From Limisphaerales bacterium (GTDB lineage: Bacteria > Verrucomicrobiota > Verrucomicrobiia > Limisphaerales > SIBE01), in the NCBI GenBank assembly GCA_044225505.1, contig JBGAIN010000046.1, positions 1 to 46,130 of the forward strand: DNA of 46,130 nucleotides, read 5' to 3'. Positions within the stretch are counted from its first letter, which is position 1, and the number at the start of each line of letters is the position of its first letter. Both the position numbers and the translations under genes were made by a program. The notes below the pieces were generated by a model. The model had not been told where the DNA came from. It was given only the letters and a program-made list of their open reading frames with translations, and made no database searches. Below are positions 8,060-16,639 of this stretch, piece by piece.

Positions 8060-8977
8060 TCAGTGGTCAGTCATAGTCGCCGGAGGCGGGTCGTAGACTT
8101 GCATGGTGTCGAGGACGCCTTTGACACGCGCGATTTCGTGGGTCCGAAATAGATTTGCTCCTCCCAACGCCGCCAGAACCGCGAAGAACGGTTCGGCCGT
8201 TCGAACTTGTTCACCAAAGTACTCGAACGCGTGAGGCAATGCGTGACAGATTGGATACCCAAGCGCGCGCAAACGAAAAGTGTTCAAGAAAGTCTGCATC
8301 TGAAAGCGCACTCGCTGAACGCTGTCCTGTAGATTTCGATAGTAGAACCCCATCCCTGGATCGATAAAGATTTTTTCGACTCCGTGACTTTTTGCGACTT
8401 CAAGCTCGTGGGCGAAAAACTCATACATCATGCTGATCGGATCTGCTGAAAACCGAAACTCATCGACAGCACGAACATTCTTTCCTTGGATGTACGAAAT
8501 GATGACGGCGGCTTCATGTTCAGCGACCATTGGATAGATCCTTTCGGAGTGTTCCGTCCCCGTTAGGTTTAAGACATTGGCTCCGGTCTCCAGCGCCGCT
8601 TTCGCTACTGTTGGTTGATAGGTTTCGACCGAGACTGCGACATTGGCCTTCCGTAACTCCCGAATTACGGGGAGCAAGATCGATTTCTGCCGATCGCTAT
8701 CGGCAAGGGCGGCGTGCGCCAAAGTCGATTCTGCCCCTAAATCGACTAAATTTGCGCCTTGCGCGGCCAGGACGATCCCGCGGCGGATGGCGCTCTCTGT
8801 GGTCAGACAGACACTCTCGCGATACCACGAGTCTGCGGAGAGGTTGATGACTCCCATTAACGACGGCCGCGCGTTGAACGGAATGACCGGACCGCCAACG
8901 GAGAATTCCGTGACCTTCGAGTGAAATGCCGACTGGTGAGCCTCAAACAATGCCGCTAAGTGTTCCAACGTTAGCAT
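8060..8977 (-). CDS. Dihydropteroate synthase-like pterin-binding TIM barrel (divergent)
   Basis: MGVINLSADS, VDLGAEST, IFIDPGMGF and FRTHE motifs, but no SRK motif. Start at 8977 is supported by the upstream promoter spacing. Confidence 0.8.
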   Translation of the reverse strand: MLTLEHLAALFEAHQSAFHSKVTEFSVGGPVIPFNARPSLMGVINLSADSWYRESVCLTTESAIRRGIVLAAQGANLVDLGAESTLAHAALADSDRQKSILLPVIRELRKANVAVSVETYQPTVAKAALETGANVLNLTGTEHSERIYPMVAEHEAAVIISYIQGKNVRAVDEFRFSADPISMMYEFFAHELEVAKSHGVEKIFIDPGMGFYYRNLQDSVQRVRFQMQTFLNTFRLRALGYPICHALPHAFEYFGEQVRTAEPFFAVLAALGGANLFRTHEIARVKGVLDTMQVYDPPPATMTDH

Positions 8978-8983
8978 GAATGC

Positions 8984-9013
8984 AGGTTGCCGGAGAAAAT
9001 GCGCGAATGACAA
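8984..9013 (-). promoter_or_regulatory. Putative sigma70 promoter with leaderless geometry
   Basis: Minus strand: TTGTCA, 18 bp, CAACCT, 6 bp, ATG(8977). Confidence 0.45.
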
Positions 9014-9091
9014 ACTCATTTGCATACGGTGCGCGGTCGATTGACAGCATCAGCATTCTCGTGTTCGTTACGCTTTAACCGATTAGTCGCG

Positions 9092-9835
9092 ATGCGTCTT
9101 GATGTGACTCTTTCAAAAATCCGGGTCGAGTGGCTACGGACGTTGCTCGGCATGTGCGCCGGGTTTCTCAGTTTTGTTCTCACTTGCGCCGCGGCGGAAT
9201 TGCCACATGCCGACAGGGCCAAGCTGAACATCCTGGTCCTAGGAGATAGTCTGGCAGCGGGATATGGGCTTGATCCAGCGGAGGCTTTTCCGGCGTTATT
9301 GCAGGAAAAGGTTAACGCTCGCGGTTGGGCGCACAAAGTGGTCAACGCCGGCCTGAGCGGAGATACCACAGCGGGCGGCGTGCGTCGGCTCGATTGGCTC
9401 TTAAAACAGAGGGTGGATATCCTCATTCTTGAGTTGGGAGGCAACGACGGACTGCGCGGAATCCAACCCGAAACCACGCGTTCGAACCTTGTGAATATCA
9501 TCCGACGCGCCCGCGAGCGGTATCCAGAACTCCAGGTTGTGATGGCAGGCATGCGGATGCCACCGAACTTGGGTGCAGCCTATGTCGAGAGATTTCAGAA
9601 CATTTTCCCTGAAGTGGCAAAAGAGAACGGGGCGAAGCTTGTGCCATTCTTGCTCGAGGGGGTGGGGGGATCTCGCGAACTGAACCAGGCTGACCAGATT
9701 CATCCGACAGCTCGCGGCCAGGAAGTGGTTGCGGAGAATGTTTGGCGCGTTCTGGAGCCTCTTCTCAATCCAGGCGGTGATGGAAATGCGTCACCCTCAC
9801 CAATTGCGGATCGTGGCGCAGGAAAAGGCCAGTGA
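9092..9835 (+). CDS. SGNH/GDSL arylesterase (TesA-like acyl-CoA thioesterase I)
   Basis: LGDSLAAGYG, NAGLSGDTTAGG, ELGGNDGLRG and DQIHP blocks, with a signal-like N-terminus. Start uncertain (9092 or 9152). Confidence 0.92.
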   Translation: MRLDVTLSKIRVEWLRTLLGMCAGFLSFVLTCAAAELPHADRAKLNILVLGDSLAAGYGLDPAEAFPALLQEKVNARGWAHKVVNAGLSGDTTAGGVRRLDWLLKQRVDILILELGGNDGLRGIQPETTRSNLVNIIRRARERYPELQVVMAGMRMPPNLGAAYVERFQNIFPEVAKENGAKLVPFLLEGVGGSRELNQADQIHPTARGQEVVAENVWRVLEPLLNPGGDGNASPSPIADRGAGKGQ

Positions 9836-10167
9836 CTGCGCTGGTCAATCCCGTTGTGGGCTTTGTTCGCTTCGCGTCCACAAATTGTTGACAGAGTGTG
9901 CAACATAGCCTTCAGTTCCTCGTAAGGTTCGGGAGCACTTCTGAACGGGGCTTTGCGGCGCTCGCGCTGCCAGGAATTCCCTGGGTCGTTTTTTAGGGCC
10001 TGGATCAGAACCAGTTGCAATCCGATCGGTAGTTATTGATCGGTCGCGGCGAAGGGCGCGTCGTCGAGATTTTGGTCCGGCCAGGAGGTGGAGGGAGGCG
10101 CAACCGCAGACGTCGGTAGCTCTTGACTAGCCGTAAGATGCGGTCCCATTCTCGATCGATCTACCGA

Positions 10168-12012
10168 ATGACTAGGTTGTGCCCGACTCTCACCGGTTTC
10201 CTGATTGCCTGTTTTGCCTTCATGGCGAACGGGGCGCTGCCCATCACCAAACCCAACATCGTCTTTGTCCTCGTCGACGATTTAGGGTGGGCTGACCTAG
10301 AGTGCTATGGGAGCAAGTTCTATCGAACACCGCACCTGAATCGCCTGGCGAGCGAAGGCATGAAGTTCACTCAAGCGTACGCGGCGGGGCCGGTTTGTTC
10401 ACCGACCCGGGCAAGTATTTTAACGGGCAAACATCCGGCTCGATTACACCTCACGGACTGGCTGCCGGGTCGCGCGGACAGACCCTCGCAGTTCCTGCTC
10501 CGACCTCGCATCCAGGCGCAGTTGCCGTTGGAAGAGTTGACACTTGCGGAAGCCCTCCGGCCAGCTGGTTACATGTCTGCGTGTATCGGCAAGTGGCATT
10601 TGGGCGGCCAAGGTTATCTTCCAACGGATCAAGGATTCGACCGTAATGTGGCTGGCGACGAAACTGGAACTCCGCGCAGCTATTTTGCTCCGTTCAAGTC
10701 GGGCGACCAATCAATGCCCGGGTTGGGCGAAGCGCCCGCCGGCGAGTATCTGACAGACCGTCTTACTACTGAAGCGGAACGCTTTATCGAAGCGAATCAG
10801 AGCCGGCCTTTTTTTCTCTACTTGTCGCACTACGCAGTTCACACCCCGCTCCGGGCCAAAGAAAGTGTGCTGAATCGTTATCCATCGGCCCCGGCACCGT
10901 CAGGCGGGCAAACGAATGCCATCTATGCGGCAATGATTGAAAGTGTGGACGATAGTGTCGGTCGGATTATGAAGAAGTTGGACGACCTTCACCTGACTGA
11001 GAGGACGCTTGTTTGGTTTGCCTCGGATAACGGCGGGCTGTCAGTCGAGGAAGGACCCAACACTCCCGCGACTTCCAATGCACCGCTTCGCGGAGGGAAA
11101 GGCTTTCTCTACGAAGGCGGCATTCGAATTCCTTGCTTGATCCGATGGCCTGGGGTTATCCGCGGCGGTACGATCGACAACGCCCTGGTCAGCACCGTCG
11201 ATGTCTTTCCGACGATTGTCTCGGCAGCGGGGATGCCAGTGCCAGGAGGTTTGGATGGGGTGGATCTTGCGCCTGTTCTGAGAGGATCCGGCTTGCTGCA
11301 ACGGACCGCCCTCTATTGGCATTACCCCCATTACAGTAACCAAGGTGGGCGTCCAGGCGGCGCGGTGCGCGATGGTGATTACAAGCTCCTCCAATCCTAC
11401 GAAGACGGTCGACTCGAACTTTTCGACTTGGCCACCGACCTTGCGGAGGCGCACAATCTGGCCGCGGCGCGACCCGAGCTGGCGCAAAGTTTACGCACCC
11501 AATTAGCCTCCTGGCGGGGATCGCAACAGGCGCAAATGATGGAACCAAACCCGGAGTTTGAACCCCAGACGCATGGAGGTGGAAATGAAGTGGTCGCACA
11601 GCTTGCCGACGGGCGCATCATGCTCCATGCGAGAGATGTTCATGTCCATGGAACGACGGTTCGCTACGAGCCTCAGCCTCACAAACGGACGGTAGGGTAC
11701 TGGACCAAACTGGAGGACTGGGTCAGCTGGGAATTTGACGTGCATGAGCCGGGCTGGTTCGAGGTCGCGATTCTTCAGGGCTGCGGGACAGGGAGCGGCG
11801 GTAGCGAGGTGGAGTTTGTATTTCACGGCCAAACCTTGCCCGTTGTCGTCCAGGAAACAGGGGGTTTTCAAAACTTCGTGAATCGTTCCATTGGCAAGGT
11901 GCACTTCGATCGCGAGGGTCGCTTCGACCTGGCGGTCCGTCCGAAAACAAAACCTGGGCTCGCGGTAATGGATCTTCGCAGCGTCACCTTGCAACCGATT
12001 CGGGCCGACTGA
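10168..12012 (+). CDS. Formylglycine-dependent sulfatase (S1) with a C-terminal beta-sandwich domain
   Basis: PNIVFVLVDDLG, CSPTRASILTG, GKWHLG, SDNGG and KGFLYEGGIRIP. Signal peptide and an extra ~140-aa C-terminal domain. Confidence 0.95.
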   Translation: MTRLCPTLTGFLIACFAFMANGALPITKPNIVFVLVDDLGWADLECYGSKFYRTPHLNRLASEGMKFTQAYAAGPVCSPTRASILTGKHPARLHLTDWLPGRADRPSQFLLRPRIQAQLPLEELTLAEALRPAGYMSACIGKWHLGGQGYLPTDQGFDRNVAGDETGTPRSYFAPFKSGDQSMPGLGEAPAGEYLTDRLTTEAERFIEANQSRPFFLYLSHYAVHTPLRAKESVLNRYPSAPAPSGGQTNAIYAAMIESVDDSVGRIMKKLDDLHLTERTLVWFASDNGGLSVEEGPNTPATSNAPLRGGKGFLYEGGIRIPCLIRWPGVIRGGTIDNALVSTVDVFPTIVSAAGMPVPGGLDGVDLAPVLRGSGLLQRTALYWHYPHYSNQGGRPGGAVRDGDYKLLQSYEDGRLELFDLATDLAEAHNLAAARPELAQSLRTQLASWRGSQQAQMMEPNPEFEPQTHGGGNEVVAQLADGRIMLHARDVHVHGTTVRYEPQPHKRTVGYWTKLEDWVSWEFDVHEPGWFEVAILQGCGTGSGGSEVEFVFHGQTLPVVVQETGGFQNFVNRSIGKVHFDREGRFDLAVRPKTKPGLAVMDLRSVTLQPIRAD

Positions 12013-12062
12013 AACCAGGCGGTGCTGGGTTTTGCCGTCAATGAGGATTGGACTGATGTTCC

Positions 12063-15000
12063 TTAGGGAATAGAGACGTTGCTTGAAACAGCCGGTGGGG
12101 TCGATTCACGGGGCGAGCGCCAGAGACGCAAGCGCACGGCGGCAGCGAGATCATCCAACAGCGTATAGGCCACTGGGGTCGCGACGAGCGTTAAGAGTAG
12201 GCATAACGCCTGACCGCCAATGACGACGACGGCCACTGCTCGCCGCTCTTCTGCCCCAGGTCCGGTCCCGAGAGCCAAAGGGAGCATGCCTGCGATCAGC
12301 GTTAGCGTCGTCATCAAGATGGGCCGGAGTCGGTCGCGGTTTCCTTGCATGACTGCCTGATGACGGTCCATTCCCTCAGCGCGCAAGTTGTTCATGTGAT
12401 CGATCTGGAGAATGGCATTCTTCTTCACGACGCCAAACAGCACGAGCAATCCTAGAGCGGAATAAAGGTTAATCGTTTGGTGGGCGGCTAATAAGGAGAG
12501 GAATGCGAATGGCACCGACAAGGGTAACGAGAGGAGAATCGTGAACGGGTGGACCAGACTTTCGAACTGAGACGCCAGAATGATATACATGAGTATTACC
12601 GACAGCAAGAATGCCCAGAGGAATTCTTGGAATGTCGTCTCTAATTCCCGGGCGCGTCCGGAGACCCTCGTCGAATAGCCAGTGGGCAATCCCATGGAGG
12701 CGGTCTCCGCGCGCAACGCCGCGATGCGATCGGCCTGTGCATAACCCGGCGCTACCGCGGCTCGGAGGCTGACTTGACGTTGCCGGTCCAATCGATCGAC
12801 TCGCGATGCGGACTGGGTTGGAACCAACCTGACCAGATTGTCCAGTCGCACCAACCCGCCTCCTTGCTTGGGAACGTAGAGCTGCGCAATGGTGTTGAGA
12901 TCATTGCGGTCGCCTTCTTTGAGGCGCACCCCGACGTCGTAGTCTTCATTCATGCTTTCGTCTCGAAAGCGGGTGACTCGCGTATCGCCTCCGACCATGA
13001 TACGGAGAGCGTTGGCGATATCCTGGGTATCAACGCCAAGGTTAGCCGCCCGCTCCCGGTCGATGACCACGCGAAGCTCGGGTTTATCAAGACGCAAGGT
13101 GGTATCTGCGTCGAGCAGTCCCAGTTCCGGCGCTTTGCGCCGGAGGGTGTCGGCATAGCCGGCCAAGACATTCAGGTCTGGCCCAAGCAGAGCGAAATCA
13201 ATATCAAAGTTCGCTCCTCCTCCGACGAAAGTTTGGGGATTGCGAATCGCGGCGCGCAATTGTGGAAACTGACGGAGCCTGCGCCGGATCTCTTGCTGGA
13301 CGTCACGCTGCGAATAGTTGCCCTGAAAGGCCTGCCACGGAGGCCATTGCAGTAGGCGTTTCCAACCGAAAGTGCGTTGTGCGTGAGGGATCAGCCTGAC
13401 ATAAAAGTTCGCGCCGTTGACACTGCCAAGAAAGCTGCTGCCGACTGAAGCCAGGACCTGGCGAACGCCTGGGACATGACGTAATTCCTCCTCAATGCGC
13501 AACGCAGCCTCATTGATCGATGCGAGGCTGGTTCCTTCCGGAGCTGTCACTCGGACATCGAACTCTCCCTCATCCACGTTGCTTGGGAGGTATTCCTGTC
13601 GGACGTAATGATAGAGCGGCAGCGATGAGAACATGACGAGCAGCGCAACCCCACCGACCCAGGCGCGATGACCCATCGACCATCGGAGAACAACCGTATA
13701 AATGCGGTCGAGCCGCCCATAAAAGCCGGAGCGCGAACGCAAGTCGCCGCCTTCGGGATGGACTGGCGTTTTATCCTCTTTAGAAGAGTCGGGTTCGATC
13801 GGATGTTTCGATGAATTCGCGCGCAACAGCCGTGCGCTCATCATTGGAGTCAGCGTAAAAGAGACAAGCAGGCTGACTAGGACCGCAACGGCCGCGGTGA
13901 TTCCGAACTGATACAAAAACCGTCCCGAAATGCTGGACATGAACGACACGGGCACGAAGATCACGACGAGACTGAACGTTGTTGCCATGACCGCCAAGCC
14001 AATCTCAGCGGTAGCCGCGCGCGCCGCGTCGAACGGCTTCATTCCTTTTTCTTCGATATAGCGAAAAATATTCTCCAGAACGACAATGGCATCATCGATG
14101 ACAATCCCCACCATAAGGACCAGAGCGAGCATCGTGACGCTGTTGAGTGTAAAGTGGAGCGCTTTCATCATGCCGAACGTGGCAATGACAGACGTGGGAA
14201 TTGCCACGGCCGCGATGATGGTTGCTTGCCAGTTGCGCATGAACAGAAGCACCACGAGGCAAGCTAGAACACTGCCCAAAATGAGGTGAGTCTGGATCTC
14301 GTGCAGCGCTTCGTAAATGTAACGGGATTGATCTCGGATCACTTCCAGTTTCACGTCTTCCGGTAGTAACGCGGTGACTTGGGCAATTCTCGATTTGACA
14401 CCCTCAATCACCGCGACCGTATTTGCTCCCGATTGGCGTACTATATCCAGGGTCACGTTCGGAGCTCCATTTAGCCGCGACAGAGAGCGTTGTTCTTTGG
14501 TGCCGTCTTCTGCCCAGCCGATGTCGCGGACCCGTATCGGAGACCCGTTGCGAGACGCGATCACCAAGTCATTAAACTGCTTCGGGTCCGTGAGGCGTCC
14601 CATCGTCCGCAACGTCTGTTCGCGCAGTGCGCCGGTAACGTTACCGCCAGGAACATTCGCATTCTGGCGTTCGACAGCGTCGCGGACGGCTGTAATCGGG
14701 AGGCCGTACGCGGCTAATCGATCCGCTTCGACCCACACGTTAACAGCCCGTTCAAGACCTCCAACAATCGCAACTTCACCCACTCCTGGAGAACGCTCAA
14801 TCTGTGTCTTAACAATCTTGTCAGCTAATTCGGTCAACTCTCGCTGTGACCTTGGCCCGGAGAGCGACAGGGAAATGACCGGCGATTGATCCGTATCGGC
14901 TTTGGCTATCGTCGGCGGGTCGACGTCCCGTGGCAAATCTCGCAGCACTGTCGAGACGCGATCGCGGACATCCTGCGTCGCGGAATCGATGTCGCGGTTC

Positions 15001-15293
15001 AGGTTGAAGGTGACCACGACGAATCCCGAACCCATGCCGTTGATCGAGCGCAGTTCATCGATCCCTTCGACCGTGTTGACTACCTCTTCAATCGGCTGAG
15101 CAACCTGCGCTTCCATTTCTTCCGGCGAAGCGCCCGGGAGCCGAATATTAATCCGGACTGTAGGCAGGTCGACAGACGGAAATCGATCGATGCCAAGATT
15201 GAGATAACCGGCCGCGCCAATCACGACGAGCGTCAGCACGATCATCGCGGCAAACACCGGACGCCGAATACTGATTTCCGCTAGCTTTTGCAC
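12063..15293 (-). CDS. RND efflux permease (AcrB/MdtB-type)
   Basis: SIRRPVFA start, GIVIDDAIVVLEN (TM4), VKKNAIL (TM10) and RLRPILMTT. GTG start at 15293 overlaps the MFP stop. Confidence 0.95.
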   Translation of the reverse strand: MQKLAEISIRRPVFAAMIVLTLVVIGAAGYLNLGIDRFPSVDLPTVRINIRLPGASPEEMEAQVAQPIEEVVNTVEGIDELRSINGMGSGFVVVTFNLNRDIDSATQDVRDRVSTVLRDLPRDVDPPTIAKADTDQSPVISLSLSGPRSQRELTELADKIVKTQIERSPGVGEVAIVGGLERAVNVWVEADRLAAYGLPITAVRDAVERQNANVPGGNVTGALREQTLRTMGRLTDPKQFNDLVIASRNGSPIRVRDIGWAEDGTKEQRSLSRLNGAPNVTLDIVRQSGANTVAVIEGVKSRIAQVTALLPEDVKLEVIRDQSRYIYEALHEIQTHLILGSVLACLVVLLFMRNWQATIIAAVAIPTSVIATFGMMKALHFTLNSVTMLALVLMVGIVIDDAIVVLENIFRYIEEKGMKPFDAARAATAEIGLAVMATTFSLVVIFVPVSFMSSISGRFLYQFGITAAVAVLVSLLVSFTLTPMMSARLLRANSSKHPIEPDSSKEDKTPVHPEGGDLRSRSGFYGRLDRIYTVVLRWSMGHRAWVGGVALLVMFSSLPLYHYVRQEYLPSNVDEGEFDVRVTAPEGTSLASINEAALRIEEELRHVPGVRQVLASVGSSFLGSVNGANFYVRLIPHAQRTFGWKRLLQWPPWQAFQGNYSQRDVQQEIRRRLRQFPQLRAAIRNPQTFVGGGANFDIDFALLGPDLNVLAGYADTLRRKAPELGLLDADTTLRLDKPELRVVIDRERAANLGVDTQDIANALRIMVGGDTRVTRFRDESMNEDYDVGVRLKEGDRNDLNTIAQLYVPKQGGGLVRLDNLVRLVPTQSASRVDRLDRQRQVSLRAAVAPGYAQADRIAALRAETASMGLPTGYSTRVSGRARELETTFQEFLWAFLLSVILMYIILASQFESLVHPFTILLSLPLSVPFAFLSLLAAHQTINLYSALGLLVLFGVVKKNAILQIDHMNNLRAEGMDRHQAVMQGNRDRLRPILMTTLTLIAGMLPLALGTGPGAEERRAVAVVVIGGQALCLLLTLVATPVAYTLLDDLAAAVRLRLWRSPRESTPPAVSSNVSIP

Positions 15294-16555
15294 AGGACGA
15301 TTTGGACACGAGCATTTCCATCGGGGACCACGCTCTGATAACTGGTCTTGCCCGGTTCCTTTGTTTCCACAACCACGGGTTGTCCAGTGCGGAGGCCGCC
15401 GGGATCGAGAACCACGAGAGTCTCCGGAGCGAGCCCCGACAAAATCTCCACCCAACCTGGCCCACGGCGACCGGTCGTCACCGGTTTTTCCACGGCTTTG
15501 TTCTCCACCACTGTCACCACCTTCTCGATGCCTGCAAATGTTACCAACGCATTCGTGGGGACGCTTAAGCTGGGCTGTTTCTCACGGACGACGATTTCTG
15601 CTCGGGCAAATAGCCCGCCGCGCAGCAACCCAGGGTTCGGGACATCGGCTTCGACGAGGAGCATGCGGTTTGTCTCATTCAAGGCCGGGCTCAATCGGGA
15701 GATCTGTCCGGTATAGACGTTAGTATCTCCCTCCACCGAAAGGCGAGCCAGCTGCCCTTGACGTACCAAGGTGGAATGGCGCTCGGTGATCTCCAGGCGC
15801 AGGCGTAGCGGATCGGTCTTCACCAAGCGGACGATGGGCGCTCCCGCGGCGACGTACTCTCCCATATTGGCCATGCGAGTTTGGATACTGCCGGCGAACG
15901 GGGCACGGATCGAGGCATCCGAGAGTTGTTTGCGCGCGATCTCGAATTCGGCGCGTCGTTGCGCGAGCGCGGCCAAACGCGCCCGCGCGTCTTCCAGAGC
16001 TGCGTCATAACGGGTCCGCGCAACCTGATGGCCCGCCTGTGCGGTGTCTAATTCGGAGGTCGATGCCACCCGTGCCTCCGTCAAACTGCGGATCCGGTCC
16101 AGGTTCTTGACGGCTTCATCGAACACGGCCTTGGCTTGCTTAACAGAACTGACGGCCTCAACGTTGACGTTTTCTCCGTCGCTTTCCAAAGGCAGGCCGA
16201 GTGCCGCGCGGGCCTCGGCCAAGGCCGCAGCGGACTGTTGCAGGCGCAACTCGTAGTCGCGTGGTTCGACCTGAGCGATCAGGTCCCCTTGGTTCACAGG
16301 ACTGCCAATGTCGACTTCCAGTCGTTGCAGCCTTCCTGCAACCTTGGTGCTAATGGTGGAAGATTCCACTGGGGCGAGCGTTCCGGTAGCCGGAATGGTT
16401 CGTTCCATCAGGCGCTGCTCAGCTCGGGCGAGCCGCACGGGCCGTGGCGCCTCGCTTTTGGCGGTCCGCGCCGACTCGGACGTCTTGCTGCAGGCGGGAA
16501 GCGCCAGGAGGCAGGCGACGCAGACCAGCACAGCTCCATGAAAGGCAAACGTCAT
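15281..16555 (-). CDS. RND efflux membrane fusion (periplasmic adaptor) protein
   Basis: Lipoprotein-like signal (LPAC), ISTKVAGRL, an alpha-hairpin, IRAPFAG, GEYV and VEILSGL motifs. Lies upstream of the permease. Confidence 0.93.
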   Translation of the reverse strand: MTFAFHGAVLVCVACLLALPACSKTSESARTAKSEAPRPVRLARAEQRLMERTIPATGTLAPVESSTISTKVAGRLQRLEVDIGSPVNQGDLIAQVEPRDYELRLQQSAAALAEARAALGLPLESDGENVNVEAVSSVKQAKAVFDEAVKNLDRIRSLTEARVASTSELDTAQAGHQVARTRYDAALEDARARLAALAQRRAEFEIARKQLSDASIRAPFAGSIQTRMANMGEYVAAGAPIVRLVKTDPLRLRLEITERHSTLVRQGQLARLSVEGDTNVYTGQISRLSPALNETNRMLLVEADVPNPGLLRGGLFARAEIVVREKQPSLSVPTNALVTFAGIEKVVTVVENKAVEKPVTTGRRGPGWVEILSGLAPETLVVLDPGGLRTGQPVVVETKEPGKTSYQSVVPDGNARVQIVLCKS

Positions 16556-16639
16556 GAGCCCAGTCTAACCCAAGAACCCTCCCGCGGGCGAGCAACAATC
16601 GATAGTCAATTTGCCGACCTGCTGATGGGGCTTTCCGCT

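Noticed and set aside
15294..15455. N-terminal extensions given by the ORF track (RND permease; also 606, 4198, 4699, 5919, 9025, 25497 and 26718 starts)
   Set aside because: They overlap neighbouring genes or promoters and are not protein-like. Downstream starts fit the family N-termini better.
12063..16555. RND pump lacking an adjacent outer-membrane factor
   Set aside because: This is a common arrangement; a TolC-like partner is often encoded elsewhere.
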